Numbered from the stretch's first letter, positions 39,502-50,853 are shown. The stretch is 64,000 bases of DNA from Oliverpabstia sp. (GCA_051879295.1 JBJELT010000028.1:158-64157), one strand, 5' to 3'. Numbers and translations are program-made. The notes: a model not told the origin generated them from the letters alone.

Positions 39502-40908
39502 TCAAAATCCACCCCACACCTCCGCTAATATTTGCACCGCCTCTTTGATCTGTTCTTCGCTGAGTGTGGCGTATCCCATCAACACAGTGGCTGTGTCCCT
39601 GCCTTTCAATGGGCGGATGCAGTATTCAGTGAGTCCATAGACTTTGATTCCTGCTTTTCGTGCGGCTTCTACGGCTTCCTCTTCTGTCATTCCGTTTTTC
39701 ATTTCCACCAGAATGTGTACACCTGCGTGTTCACCACGAATCCGGCAAATATGATGAAGTTTTTTCATTTCACTGATCAGACAGTCGTGTTTTGTTCTGT
39801 ATACACCTCTCATCCGATTCAGGTGCCTCTCAAAATGCCCCTCCCTGAAGAACATTTCCAGTATTTTCTGATCCACCCGGGAGACAGTAACCGAAAAATT
39901 TCGACCTCTCTCCTCATATTGATGCATCAGACTAGCAGGAAGAACCATATAGCTGATACGAATCGCCGGGGCAAGTGACTTGGAAAATGTTCCCAGATAA
40001 ATGACTTTATCATGGGAATCAAATCCCTGCAGACTGGGAATCGGCTTTCCTTTATACCGAAATTCACTGTCATAATCATCTTCTATCAGATAACGATGCT
40101 CTTTTTGTGCTGCCCATGCCAGAAGCTGCTGCCTGCGCTGAATAGGCATCACACTTCCCAACGGAAACTGGTGAGAAGGCATCACATAAGCAAGATCTGC
40201 CCCGCACTCTTCCAGCTTCTCCGGTATCATCCCCATATCATCCGGCTCCAACGGACACACTTCATACCCCATTTTCTGAAATGCCACGGAAGCACTGGTA
40301 TATGTAGGATTGTCCATGGCAATTTTCCAGTCCATCCCCAGCACCACATGTAGGAGCATGAGAAGATAGTCATTCCCTGCTCCTACAATAATCTGATCGG
40401 CTCCACAATTCACGCCGCGGGCATGATGCAGGTAGGAAGCAATCTCCACACGGAGTGCCTCCTCCCCCTGGGATTCTCCCAGCTGAAATAATGTTCCATC
40501 ATCTTCATTCAGAACATTTCTGGAAATTCTTTTCCAGGTCTGGTAGGGAAAACCTTCTTTATCAATGCCGTTGACCGCGAAGTCAATCCGATAATCCGTT
40601 GATTCCGGGTGTCTGTCCGTTACAGCTACCTGTGTCGGTGAAGGCAGCTGATACAGTTGATCCAGCTCACAGACAAAATAACCACGGCATGGACTGGCGA
40701 TCATATATCCCTCAGCCAGAAGCTGCTCATATGCCTGATCAACCGTACTACGGCTTATCCCCAGATGAGATGCCAATGTTCGGGTCGACGGAAGTTTCTC
40801 CCCCGCACGAATCTTTCCACTTTGGATCTCATCACGTATATATTCATAAATCTGCTCATACATGGGATGGGAACCGCTATTTTCCAAGGAAATCGTCAAT
40901 TCATTCAT
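39502..40908 (-). CDS. MocR/GabR family PLP-dependent regulator
   Basis: GntR HTH LPSTRTLA; PSHQFPLG, EDDYDSEFRY, GTFSKSL. Confidence 0.93.
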   Translation of the reverse strand: MNELTISLENSGSHPMYEQIYEYIRDEIQSGKIRAGEKLPSTRTLASHLGISRSTVDQAYEQLLAEGYMIASPCRGYFVCELDQLYQLPSPTQVAVTDRHPESTDYRIDFAVNGIDKEGFPYQTWKRISRNVLNEDDGTLFQLGESQGEEALRVEIASYLHHARGVNCGADQIIVGAGNDYLLMLLHVVLGMDWKIAMDNPTYTSASVAFQKMGYEVCPLEPDDMGMIPEKLEECGADLAYVMPSHQFPLGSVMPIQRRQQLLAWAAQKEHRYLIEDDYDSEFRYKGKPIPSLQGFDSHDKVIYLGTFSKSLAPAIRISYMVLPASLMHQYEERGRNFSVTVSRVDQKILEMFFREGHFERHLNRMRGVYRTKHDCLISEMKKLHHICRIRGEHAGVHILVEMKNGMTEEEAVEAARKAGIKVYGLTEYCIRPLKGRDTATVLMGYATLSEEQIKEAVQILAEVWGGF

Positions 40909-40917
40909 ACGATTTGC

Positions 40918-43002
40918 TTACTTTGCCAGAAGCATCATGATTTTATTGCTTCGTGCAATAAATGCAGTCATCTCGTCAGGATTCAGCTGTTTATGAGCCA
41001 ACATTGCCAGATCATACAGCTGTTCGCAGATAACCGGAACATTTTCCTCGTCTTCCTTATGATCTGCTACATATTTTACCAGCGGATGATTTGCATTCAG
41101 AATCAGTGTGGTCTGTGTATCACCGCCAAACATATTGGCATCCATACCATACATCTTCATCATCTCCTGCATACGACGGCTTTCCTCAGAAAGTGTCATC
41201 ATGGAAGAAATATTGTCATTTTTCAGTTTTTCCACTTTGACATTCATATTCTCTTTTTTCAGAGCTTTTTTAAATACATCGGTGAGTGTATCTGCCAGTT
41301 CTTTCAGATCTTCTCCATTTTCTTCCTTCATGGAATCTGTCAGATCAGCATCGATTCTCTGGAAACTTACGGTTTCATTTCTCTGTTCCAGATGTGTGAT
41401 GAACGGAGCATCAATATTGTGTTTCAGGATCACAGCATCCATACCTTCTGCCTTGAACATATTGATGTACTGGCTCTGCTGAATCTCATCTGTCACATAG
41501 AAAATAGTAACTTTTTCTTCTTTCTTATCTACTTTGCTGTCTTCAGTACCCTCGGTTTTTTCACTGGTTTCTTCAACAACAGTCTCATCCTGCGTTTCCT
41601 CAGACTCCGGCTTTTTATTCTCTTCGATGCAGTCTTTCAGAGTCAGATATTTTCCATCCAGATTTTTAAAGAGAATGTAATCATTCATCTTATCTGCAAA
41701 CTTGGTATCTTTGATGCAGCCGAATTTGATAAATGGATTGATATCATCCCAGTATTTCTCATAATCTTCACGGGCAGTCTTGCACATTCCTGTCAGTTTA
41801 TCAGCTACTTTCTTGCTGATGTAGTCTGAGATTTTCTTTACAAATCCGTCATTCTGCAGTGCACTTCTGGAAACGTTCAGCGGCAGATCCGGACAGTCGA
41901 TCACACCTTTCAGGAGCATCAGGAATTCCGGAATAACTTCTTTGATATTATCTGCGATAAATACCTGGTTATTGTACAGTTTAATGGTTCCTTCGATAGA
42001 ATCATACTCTGTATTGATTTTCGGGAAATACAGAATTCCTTTCAGGTTAAATGGATAGTCCATGTTCAGATGAATCCAGAACAGCGGCTCTTTGTAATCC
42101 ATAAATACTTTACGGTAGAATTCTTTGTATTCTTCATCCGTACATTCATTCGGATGCTTCATCCACAGTGGATGAATATCGCTGAGAGACACCGGACGTT
42201 TGTTGATTTTCACCTTTTCTTTTGCAGGGGAAATCTCAACAATTTCTTTTTCTCCATTTTCATTTTCTTTTTCTTCTGTCTTAGCCTCTTCATGGATGTG
42301 TTCTACAACCACATCATCTTCTCTCAGATCGGCTTCATCGATTGTCTCATATTCCTGCTCAGCACCTTCTTTAGAAAGGAAAATCTCAACCGGCATAAAA
42401 GAGCAGTATTTTTCAATTACTTCACGAACGCGATATTCGTTGGAGAATTCTACGCTGTCTTCGTTCAGGAAAAGTGTAATCTCTGTTCCGACAGTTGTTT
42501 TATCTCCTTCTGTCATATCGTACTCTGTGCTTCCGTCACACTCCCAATGTACCGGAGCAGCTCCTTCTTTGTAGGACAATGTATCAATATGAACATCCTC
42601 TGCTACCATAAATGCTGAGTAAAATCCAAGTCCAAAGTGACCGATAATCTGGTCTTCATTGGTCTTATCTTTATATTTCTCAAGAAATTCTGTAGCACCG
42701 GAAAAAGCGATCTGGGTAATATACTCTTCTACCTCATCTGCAGTCATACCGATACCATTATCAATAAATTTCAGAGTTTTTTTCTCAGGATCAACGATAA
42801 CTTCAATCTTGCTCTTGAAATTATCAGGGAAGGAATACTCTCCCATTATCTCCAGCTTTTTAAGTTTTGTAATAGCATCACAGCCATTGGAAATTAATTC
42901 ACGAACAAAGATGTCGTGATCGGAATACATCCATTTTTTAATAATCGGAAAAATATTATCGCTGTTAATAGAAAGATTACCATGTTTCTGTGCCATGGTC
43001 AT
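40918..43002 (-). CDS. htpG: Chaperone HtpG (Hsp90)
   Basis: FVRELISN, DNGIGM, IGHFGLGFYSAF, DLPLNVSRS. Confidence 0.96.
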   Translation of the reverse strand: MTMAQKHGNLSINSDNIFPIIKKWMYSDHDIFVRELISNGCDAITKLKKLEIMGEYSFPDNFKSKIEVIVDPEKKTLKFIDNGIGMTADEVEEYITQIAFSGATEFLEKYKDKTNEDQIIGHFGLGFYSAFMVAEDVHIDTLSYKEGAAPVHWECDGSTEYDMTEGDKTTVGTEITLFLNEDSVEFSNEYRVREVIEKYCSFMPVEIFLSKEGAEQEYETIDEADLREDDVVVEHIHEEAKTEEKENENGEKEIVEISPAKEKVKINKRPVSLSDIHPLWMKHPNECTDEEYKEFYRKVFMDYKEPLFWIHLNMDYPFNLKGILYFPKINTEYDSIEGTIKLYNNQVFIADNIKEVIPEFLMLLKGVIDCPDLPLNVSRSALQNDGFVKKISDYISKKVADKLTGMCKTAREDYEKYWDDINPFIKFGCIKDTKFADKMNDYILFKNLDGKYLTLKDCIEENKKPESEETQDETVVEETSEKTEGTEDSKVDKKEEKVTIFYVTDEIQQSQYINMFKAEGMDAVILKHNIDAPFITHLEQRNETVSFQRIDADLTDSMKEENGEDLKELADTLTDVFKKALKKENMNVKVEKLKNDNISSMMTLSEESRRMQEMMKMYGMDANMFGGDTQTTLILNANHPLVKYVADHKEDEENVPVICEQLYDLAMLAHKQLNPDEMTAFIARSNKIMMLLAK

Positions 43003-43096
43003 TCACACTCCTTTACTCTATGTTCATGTTAAGAATGCCTCTGCATTCGGTATGCATATTATACTAATACCCACAGAACAAAATGTCAAGATAAAA

Positions 43097-43123
43097 TTAG
43101 CACTCATTTTGAATGAGTGCTAA
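43097..43123. promoter_or_regulatory. CIRCE element (HrcA operator) upstream of htpG
   Basis: Perfect TTAGCACTC-N9-GAGTGCTAA beside a TTGACA -35. Confidence 0.92.
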
Positions 43124-43144
43124 TAATTTATACTTTTTTTATTT

Positions 43145-44125
43145 TTATGCTGTGCCCTGAAACATCATCCGATAACTGAGCATCCGTGATTTTTTTTCTG
43201 CCTGCGGGTTTTGTATCTGTTCAAGGAGCAGTCTGGCAGCTTCCATTCCGCTGGTACGGTAATGGAAATGTACCGTTGTCAGCTGGGGGGTAAAGATGTC
43301 AGCCACCAGACCATGCCCTATTCCGGTCACCCGTATATCCTCCGGTACCCGAAGCCCATGTTCCCGTAAACAGGTAACAGCTCCCACCGCTATCAAATCA
43401 GTAGCGCAGAATAGACAGTCTATTTTTCTACCTGTCATCAACAGCCTTTTCATTGCTTCTTTTCCAGACTGTATCGTAAAATCTGCCTCCGCACATGGAA
43501 TTGTTTCCATAACAATATCTGCTTCTTCCAGTGCTTTTTTTACACCAAGATATCGATTCAGCCCTGCCGCCATATCCCGACGGTCAACGCCGAGATAAGC
43601 CGGATTTGTATTTCCTGATTTCAGCAGGTATTTCATCATCTCATAGGATGCCTGATAATCATTATGATACACGCAGGAATATTCCTCACACTTCTGTCCT
43701 ACGATTACAACAGGACATTGCATCTGTCCCAAAAGTCTCATATGCTCCTCTGTCAATACAGATGCTGCGAGTATAAGCCCATCCACCTGACTTTGTTGAA
43801 ATGTCTCCAACATACGCAGTTCTTTGGACAGACACCGATTGGAATTCATAAGGAGTACATGATAATTCTCCTGATCCATCACGCTGCTGATTCCGGACAA
43901 AATTTCCGGTGATGACTCAGAGTCTATCTGGGGCACAATCACGCCAATCCTCTTCGTCTTTTTTGTGCGCATCGTGCGTGCATATTCGGAAGGCTGATAA
44001 TTTGTCTGTTCTATTACTTTAGCAATGCGTTCCCGTTTTTGCTGACTCAGACTTCCATTATTCAGATATCGGGATACCGCTGCTTTCGAAACACCTGCCA
44101 TTTTGGCTATTTCACTGATTGTCAT
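43145..44125 (-). CDS. LacI family regulator
   Basis: TISEIAKMAGVSKAAVSRYLN; VPEDI, PQLTTV. Confidence 0.93.
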   Translation of the reverse strand: MTISEIAKMAGVSKAAVSRYLNNGSLSQQKRERIAKVIEQTNYQPSEYARTMRTKKTKRIGVIVPQIDSESSPEILSGISSVMDQENYHVLLMNSNRCLSKELRMLETFQQSQVDGLILAASVLTEEHMRLLGQMQCPVVIVGQKCEEYSCVYHNDYQASYEMMKYLLKSGNTNPAYLGVDRRDMAAGLNRYLGVKKALEEADIVMETIPCAEADFTIQSGKEAMKRLLMTGRKIDCLFCATDLIAVGAVTCLREHGLRVPEDIRVTGIGHGLVADIFTPQLTTVHFHYRTSGMEAARLLLEQIQNPQAEKKSRMLSYRMMFQGTA

Positions 44126-44136
44126 TCGCTATTTTC

Positions 44137-46212
44137 CTATTTTTTTAACAGCCAATAGTATCCGTAAGCAGGAATCTGAACTCCTCTGGCTTCCATTTCA
44201 CGGCCAGTAAACAGATCCTGGTACATACCATCATCTTCATTGATCCATGCGACTTTATCATAACCGCTGAAATTAAACAGGGCAACCATCTTCTCTTCGC
44301 CTTTAACCTTCACAATACCAAGAATGGAATCATCCCAGGTATCTACGGTCCATGCCAGTGCATCGGCTGCAAATACCTCATGCTGTACACGGATTTCTTC
44401 CATCTGTTTTAATCCCTGGAAAATTGCATTCTGCACTGTTCCTTCCTGATTTCTCAGTTCAGCTTTATCCCACTGGAATTTACCTCTGTGGAGATAACGG
44501 GAATCTGCACATTTTTTTGGATCATTATGATAAGTGTAGTCATTCTCCTGTGCAATTTCATCACCGCTGTAAATTACCGGAATACCTGCCTGTGTAAACA
44601 TATAGGCATGAAGCATCAGATCAAAACGTACAGCGCGTTTCAGTGCCTCCTCATCTCTCTCATAAGCTGCTTTCTCAATACCACACAAAGATGCCGTGGT
44701 ACCACATTGACGGGCATCTCCGGATGTAGGATCGTCATTGTAAAGTTCTCCGCGGCCAAAGGATCCCGGGAACTTGCCGGTAAAGAAATCACTCAGGAAA
44801 CGTTTATGTGCCACTTCATCAATGCCAAACTGACGAAGGAACGGATATTCCAGTCCCCAGCCAATATCATCATGGCAGCGCAAATAATTCTGGAATACAT
44901 AATCTTTCGGAAGTCTGTTGATAATATCCATCTGACGGCGCAGCAGTCTTGCATCACCGGTTGCAACAGTATGCCAGGTTGTTGCCATAGTGGTTACATT
45001 ATACAGCATATGACATTCCGGTTTATCGACTGTACCGAAGTACGGAACTACCTTTTCCGGTTCCATAACAACCTCACCCAGCAGCATGACACCCGGACAG
45101 ACAATTTCGCAGATCATACGCATCATGCGGACAATGGAATGTACCTGAGGAAGATTTCGGCAATTAGTTCCCAACTGTTTCCAGATGTACGGAACTGCAT
45201 CGATACGAATGATATCTACACCTTTATTGGTGAGATTCAGCATATTATATATCATTTCATTCAGAACAACCGGGTTCCAGTAGTTGAGATCCCACTGATA
45301 GGGATAGAATGTTGTCATAACAAACTTCTGCAGATCCGGCAGCCAGGTAAAATTGCCAGGAGCAGTGGTCGGAAATACCTGCGGAACTGTTCTTTCAAAC
45401 TGAGCCGGCAGGTCATAATTGTCATAAAAATAATAACGGTCCATATATTCTCTTTCACCAGAACGTGCACGGCGGGCCCATTCATGATCTTCTGACGTAT
45501 GGTTCATAACAAAGTCCAGACATACGCTGATTCCTTTATGTCTGCACTCGTCTGCCAGTTTTTCCAGATCTTCCATGGTTCCCAGTTCCGTCTGAACTTT
45601 CCGGAAATCAGCAACTGCATATCCGCCGTCACTTCTACCCTCCGGAGACTCCAGCAGGGGCATCAGATGCAGATAATTTACATTACATTCCTGAATATAA
45701 TCCAATTTTTCCCGGACACCATTCAGATTACCCGCAAAAGCATCCACATACATCATCATACCGATAATATCATTTTTCTTGTACCACTCCGGATTCTGTT
45801 CTCTTCTGCGGTCCAGTTCCTTCAGTTCTTCTTTTCTGTAATCGTAGATATTTTTCAGATTACGGCAAAGATCATCAAAAGCATCCTGTCTTCCCTGATA
45901 CAATTCACAGTATAGCCATTTCAGCTCATCATAGTGACAGGATATACGACGAGAAAATTCCTCGTCCTCATTAAGCGATTTTTTCACTTCTTTCGCGGCT
46001 ACTTCCTGCACTACTTCTACGGTTTCTTCTTTCACCAGTTCTTCCACTACTTCTTCGTTTGCAATTTCTTCTTTCACCGGTTCTTCCACTGCCTCTACAA
46101 CTTCTTCCTTTACCGGTTCCACAGTTTTTTTGGCGGTTTCTTTTACTTCACGGACATTTTTTTCAAACGCTGCTTTTTTTCTCTGAAGACTTTTTTTCTT
46201 TCTCGCTTTCAT
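44137..46212 (-). CDS. GH13 amylosucrase-like glycoside hydrolase
   Basis: SDGGYAV, DFVMNHTS, IRIDAVPY, RCHDDIGW, DSRYLHR. Confidence 0.88.
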   Translation of the reverse strand: MKARKKKSLQRKKAAFEKNVREVKETAKKTVEPVKEEVVEAVEEPVKEEIANEEVVEELVKEETVEVVQEVAAKEVKKSLNEDEEFSRRISCHYDELKWLYCELYQGRQDAFDDLCRNLKNIYDYRKEELKELDRRREQNPEWYKKNDIIGMMMYVDAFAGNLNGVREKLDYIQECNVNYLHLMPLLESPEGRSDGGYAVADFRKVQTELGTMEDLEKLADECRHKGISVCLDFVMNHTSEDHEWARRARSGEREYMDRYYFYDNYDLPAQFERTVPQVFPTTAPGNFTWLPDLQKFVMTTFYPYQWDLNYWNPVVLNEMIYNMLNLTNKGVDIIRIDAVPYIWKQLGTNCRNLPQVHSIVRMMRMICEIVCPGVMLLGEVVMEPEKVVPYFGTVDKPECHMLYNVTTMATTWHTVATGDARLLRRQMDIINRLPKDYVFQNYLRCHDDIGWGLEYPFLRQFGIDEVAHKRFLSDFFTGKFPGSFGRGELYNDDPTSGDARQCGTTASLCGIEKAAYERDEEALKRAVRFDLMLHAYMFTQAGIPVIYSGDEIAQENDYTYHNDPKKCADSRYLHRGKFQWDKAELRNQEGTVQNAIFQGLKQMEEIRVQHEVFAADALAWTVDTWDDSILGIVKVKGEEKMVALFNFSGYDKVAWINEDDGMYQDLFTGREMEARGVQIPAYGYYWLLKK

Positions 46213-46480
46213 CCTTTTCTCCTTTTTGTTATCTCATTTGCCACAGCTCAAAATTTCATTCAGGTCTCAAAATTGGAACAGCCAATTTTGTAATCGATTT
46301 CAAAATAATTATACCATAGAATAGTTAAAAATCAACAAAATTAAAATTTTCTTAAAGTTCTCTTGTATTTTCGTGATTTCTTTGATTTTAAAAAATAATT
46401 GTGCTATAATCTGGGCTGTATTTAATAGATAATAACAGAACGTTTTTCAGCATGAAATGTTGTTCAGGAGGCGCTGTTTT

Positions 46481-47128
46481 ATGGAGAAAAGCAAAAGACT
46501 GATACCCGTCATTTTATATGGCATCTTTTACATGGTATGTTTTGCCTGGCTGGAGAAAATGCCTGTGAGATATCATATTATCAATTCCAGCCTGGATAAG
46601 AAAATCCCGTTTTGTGAGTATTTCATTGTTCCTTATGTGCTGTGGTTTTTCTATATCGCAGCAACCGTTCTCTACTTTGCATTTTTCGTAAATGATAATA
46701 CGGAATACTGGAACTTGATTATTAATCTTGGCCTGGGGATGACATTATTCCTGATTGTATCCTATGTGTACCCCAATGGACTGGCGATTCGTCCTCACGA
46801 ATTCCCGAGAGAGAACATCTTTACAGAAATGGTGCGATATCTGTATCGCATCGATACTCCAACAAATGTATTGCCCAGCATACATGTGTACAATTCTGTA
46901 GCAATTTTCTGTGCGATTAATAACTGCAGGCAATTGAAAGAAAAACGCGGGATACGTTTTGGTGCATTCGTACTTACCACATTGATTATTCTTTCTACCA
47001 TGTTCTTAAAGCAACATTCCATCTGTGATGTTGCTACCGGAATTACTTTCAGTGTTGCATCGTATATTGTCATCTACCGCGTATATGACAAAACTACAGC
47101 GAAAGCAAAACACCACTCAACAATTTAA
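46481..47128 (+). CDS. PAP2/AUR1-like membrane phosphoesterase
   Basis: PTNVLPSIHV and STMFLKQHSICD motifs. Confidence 0.8.
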   Translation: MEKSKRLIPVILYGIFYMVCFAWLEKMPVRYHIINSSLDKKIPFCEYFIVPYVLWFFYIAATVLYFAFFVNDNTEYWNLIINLGLGMTLFLIVSYVYPNGLAIRPHEFPRENIFTEMVRYLYRIDTPTNVLPSIHVYNSVAIFCAINNCRQLKEKRGIRFGAFVLTTLIILSTMFLKQHSICDVATGITFSVASYIVIYRVYDKTTAKAKHHSTI

Positions 47129-47160
47129 TCAGAATAGATCTATCGCATAGGCAATATCAT

Positions 47161-47201
47161 ATATAAGAAAGAATCCTGCAAAGCAGGATTCTTTCTTATA
47201 T
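47161..47201. terminator. Bidirectional terminator
   Basis: ATATAAGAAAGAATCCTGC-AAA-GCAGGATTCTTTCTTATAT between convergent genes. Confidence 0.8.
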
Positions 47202-47249
47202 GTTTCTGATAGGCCCAGACGATTATTATTTTGGCTTCCGTCCCAAATT

Positions 47250-48266
47250 CTAATTAAATCCATAGATTTTCCGCACAACCTGATAGCCCGCCACAGATAC
47301 TTTCCTTCCGCCTTTTCCGGGTAGATTGCATAATCTTCCCAGCAGACTGAGCCGGATACACCAGAAAGTCTTGCGGTCTGCATTTTTCATATATTTCCAC
47401 AATTCTTTTTTCTTTTCGAAGTTTTCCTCTGTCTGTGACTTAATCAGGAATATGGTCGACACGGTGGTAATCATGATCAGCATATGCATCATGTACTCTC
47501 TCTGTCTTTTATGCAGGTTTTTCTGCTGAGCCATGTGATCGATCATCAATTTGTTGACACGGATCTGCTGGTCTATTCTTCCGATCATGACGTTTTCACT
47601 TACGGACTGATCTTCTCTTCCGATAAAATACCGATACAGGTTTACATCCAGATAATACATGGTTTTCACGTAAGAGAGGGGTATAAAAGAAACCAGATTA
47701 TCCACATAGAAGGTATGCTCCGGCAGCGTTAATCCACATTCCCGCAGCAGATCTGTCCTGTAAATCATAGAATGCATCAGCAGGTAATGGCTGTTGCCAA
47801 GGGATTTTGCTTCGTCCCAGCCAAAAATTTTATCCTGTGGCAGAGAGGAACGATACCGCATCACAGCTTTATGTTTTACACCGACTTTTTCATATACGTA
47901 ATTACTGATCATCAAATCCAGTGTCCGGGGTCCGCGAATACATCTTTTCAGGGTTTCCAGTACTTTTTTATATGCCTCCTCATTCAGCCAGTCATCGCTG
48001 TCTACCACTTTAAAATACAATCCTGTGGCATGAGCCAGACCTGTATTGACAGCACCTCCGTGACCTTTATTTTCCTGGTGAACTGCATGGACAATACCGG
48101 GATATGCATCCTCATACTCCTGGGCAATCTTCAGTGTATCATCTTTTGAGCCGTCATCCACCACAATAATCTCTACTTCATCTCCTCCCACCAGAAGAGA
48201 ATCGATACATTTTCTCATATACTCCTGCGAATTATAGCATGGTACAGCAATACTTAATATTTTCAC
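47250..48266 (-). CDS. Glycosyltransferase family 2
   Basis: SIAVPCYN, VDDGSKD, VDSDD. Confidence 0.92.
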   Translation of the reverse strand: MKILSIAVPCYNSQEYMRKCIDSLLVGGDEVEIIVVDDGSKDDTLKIAQEYEDAYPGIVHAVHQENKGHGGAVNTGLAHATGLYFKVVDSDDWLNEEAYKKVLETLKRCIRGPRTLDLMISNYVYEKVGVKHKAVMRYRSSLPQDKIFGWDEAKSLGNSHYLLMHSMIYRTDLLRECGLTLPEHTFYVDNLVSFIPLSYVKTMYYLDVNLYRYFIGREDQSVSENVMIGRIDQQIRVNKLMIDHMAQQKNLHKRQREYMMHMLIMITTVSTIFLIKSQTEENFEKKKELWKYMKNADRKTFWCIRLSLLGRLCNLPGKGGRKVSVAGYQVVRKIYGFN

Positions 48267-48331
48267 TTTCGTACCTCCTATCTGAATATTTCTCTAATTG
48301 TAATTCAAGTACGCCTCCTGCAAGGAGAACG

Positions 48332-49375
48332 TCATTTCCCATCTGATCTATAGGCATGAAATGCAACAGGAATGGGATAATTTTGTTCTATATGCTCTTT
48401 TTCTGCAAAAATCAGATCTTTTTTATTTTTTTCTTCCAATGCTGCCACACGAACCGCATATCCAATCATTCTCCATTCCACATGGGAAAAGATATGTCTG
48501 GAATCCTCCAGCTGACGGATATGCAGTGGTTCCACCTGATACCGTTTAATCCATTCCAGGACCTCTTCCTCATCCAGATGGCCCTCAAGATTCGGGAACT
48601 CATACATTCCAGCCAGAAGGCCTCTTGATGGTCTTTTGCGCACGGCAACCTTATCACCATCCTGAATAACCAGAACCGTCTTGTTTTCTATTCTGCGTTC
48701 TTTCGGCTTTTTCCTGACCGGAAGGTCCATCACCGTGTTATGTGCCCGCGCCATACATAAATGAGCTACCGGACATTCTTCACATCTGGCCTCGCCATTG
48801 GGAACACAGATCATAGCTCCCAGCTCCATCAATGCCTGATTAAATGCTCCTGGCTGTTCCGGAGGAATCACTTCCTGCAGTTCTCTCTCCACCCGTGTCT
48901 TGACTGATTGTTTCAGAATATCTGCATCATTTTCTGTTATCCGTGAAATCACACGAAGAACATTGCCGTCAACCGCAGGTACCGGTATTCCATATGCGAT
49001 GGAAGCCACCGCCCCCGCTGTATAATTGCCTATTCCCGGCAGGCTTTTCAACAATTCATAATCGCCAGGAAGTTCTCCATGGTATTCTTCCATTATCTTT
49101 ACGGCGGCTTTCTGAATATTTCTCACACGATTGTAATATCCCAGTCCTTCCCATAATTTTAATAGCTGTTCTTCCGGGCACTCTGCCACATCCTTAACGG
49201 AAGGCAATGCACGGATAAATCGCTCAAAGTACGGTTTTACAGCTTCCACTCTGGTCTGCTGAAGCATGATTTCGGATATCCAGATATAATAAGGATTTCC
49301 GGAATCACGCCAGGGAAGAATCCTGTGATTCTTTTCATACCATTGAAGCAATGGCTCTGCTATTTTATTTAACAT
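48332..49375 (-). CDS. mutY: A/G-specific adenine glycosylase
   Basis: ISEIMLQQT, WEGLGYY, LPGIGNYTA, VDGNV, FeS Cys cluster. Confidence 0.95.
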   Translation of the reverse strand: MLNKIAEPLLQWYEKNHRILPWRDSGNPYYIWISEIMLQQTRVEAVKPYFERFIRALPSVKDVAECPEEQLLKLWEGLGYYNRVRNIQKAAVKIMEEYHGELPGDYELLKSLPGIGNYTAGAVASIAYGIPVPAVDGNVLRVISRITENDADILKQSVKTRVERELQEVIPPEQPGAFNQALMELGAMICVPNGEARCEECPVAHLCMARAHNTVMDLPVRKKPKERRIENKTVLVIQDGDKVAVRKRPSRGLLAGMYEFPNLEGHLDEEEVLEWIKRYQVEPLHIRQLEDSRHIFSHVEWRMIGYAVRVAALEEKNKKDLIFAEKEHIEQNYPIPVAFHAYRSDGK

Positions 49376-49437
49376 CCTGTTTTGCTCCCGACGTTCAAGT
49401 ACGCCTCGGCGTGCTTGCTGCGAGGCTTTATCTTCTT

Positions 49438-50121
49438 TCAAGATAGATTCACGGGAATCCGGCTGTTCATGTGGATTTCACCCGGCTTTACCTGACAGTC
49501 CCAGGCTTCCACGCGCACACCGGCTTTGGCCGCTTCCTGCAGTTCATAACCAAATTCCGGATGGGTATCCCAGTTTGGCTGAAATTCAGTCACACCGGAC
49601 ATCTGAATCACGAAAAAAATCCATGACTCATACCCTTCTTCCAGACAGTGTGTCAGTTCCCTGATATGTTTCACACCTCTCTCTGTCGGGGCATCCGGAA
49701 AACGTGCCGTCCCGTCCTGCTCGAGAGTTACTCCTTTCACTTCGATAAAAGCTTTTTTTCCCTGATATTCCACATACAGGTCAAATCTTGAATTCCCATA
49801 TCGTTTTTCCATCTGTACCAACGATGCATCCGGAAAGCCATGCCCCTGCAGAATCCATTCTCTGACCAGAAAATTGGGCATCTGGGAATCCATATTTACC
49901 AGCGTATGATTCTTATAAACCTGAACCAGATCATATTTTGTTTTTCTTGCCGGATTGTCCGACTCTTCCAGAAGGACTTTCGCACCCGGAACCAGCAGTT
50001 CCCGGCACCGCCCGGTATTTTTAACATGACATACCTCTGAACGGCCATCCACCTCCACCATCGCAATAAAACGATTGGGCCGGCTGACAAAAACTCCTTC
50101 TCTAATATTGCAATACTTCAC
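49438..50121 (-). CDS. sfsA: DNA/RNA nuclease SfsA
   Basis: RPNRF, HVKNTGR, EVKGVTL, FPDAPTERG. Confidence 0.93.
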   Translation of the reverse strand: MKYCNIREGVFVSRPNRFIAMVEVDGRSEVCHVKNTGRCRELLVPGAKVLLEESDNPARKTKYDLVQVYKNHTLVNMDSQMPNFLVREWILQGHGFPDASLVQMEKRYGNSRFDLYVEYQGKKAFIEVKGVTLEQDGTARFPDAPTERGVKHIRELTHCLEEGYESWIFFVIQMSGVTEFQPNWDTHPEFGYELQEAAKAGVRVEAWDCQVKPGEIHMNSRIPVNLS

Positions 50122-50232
50122 CTTTTCACCTTACTCCTTGCAATTTTCTCCATTTACATTTATGATGATGTTATCTTGAAAGGCATTCAGGTACGCCTCG
50201 GCGTACTTGAACAAACACAAAAGGAGATTACT

Positions 50233-50853
50233 ATGGACAGTATAATATTTGACGTTGACGGAACCCTCTGGGATTCCACTGCTGCCTGTGCACAGGCATG
50301 GAACGAAGCAATCTTACGGGAAACCGGCCAGACTATGAATCTTACGGAGCATACACTGAAAGGTCTCTTCGGAAGGCTGCTTCCCGATATTGCCAAAGCA
50401 ATTTTTCCAGACTGCACCACCGAACGGCAGTTATATCTGATCGACCTCTGCTGCCAGGCAGAACACCGGGCACTTCTTGAGCACTGTGCACCCCTTTACC
50501 CCAATCTGGAAGATACTCTGCAGAAGCTTTCAGAAAAATACCGTCTGTTTATCGTGAGCAACTGCCAGGCTGGCTATATCGAGGTATTTCTTCAGTCCAG
50601 CCATCTGGGCAAATACTTCGAAGGACATCTTTGTCCCGGAGACACCGGCAACGCCAAAGCCGACAATATTGCTCAGATTATTCGTGACTACCGCCTTGAG
50701 TCACCGGTATATGTGGGAGATACCGATGGGGACTTCCGTGCGTCACATGAGGCCGGCATCCCCTTTGTTTTTGCATCGTATGGCTTTGGTCAGGTTTCTT
50801 CACCTGATTATACCATCAATTGTCCCGAAGAGCTTCTAAAACTTTTATCTTGA
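50233..50853 (+). CDS. HAD family hydrolase
   Basis: FDVDGTLWD, YVGDTDGD; AAGGAG RBS. Confidence 0.9.
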   Translation: MDSIIFDVDGTLWDSTAACAQAWNEAILRETGQTMNLTEHTLKGLFGRLLPDIAKAIFPDCTTERQLYLIDLCCQAEHRALLEHCAPLYPNLEDTLQKLSEKYRLFIVSNCQAGYIEVFLQSSHLGKYFEGHLCPGDTGNAKADNIAQIIRDYRLESPVYVGDTDGDFRASHEAGIPFVFASYGFGQVSSPDYTINCPEELLKLLS

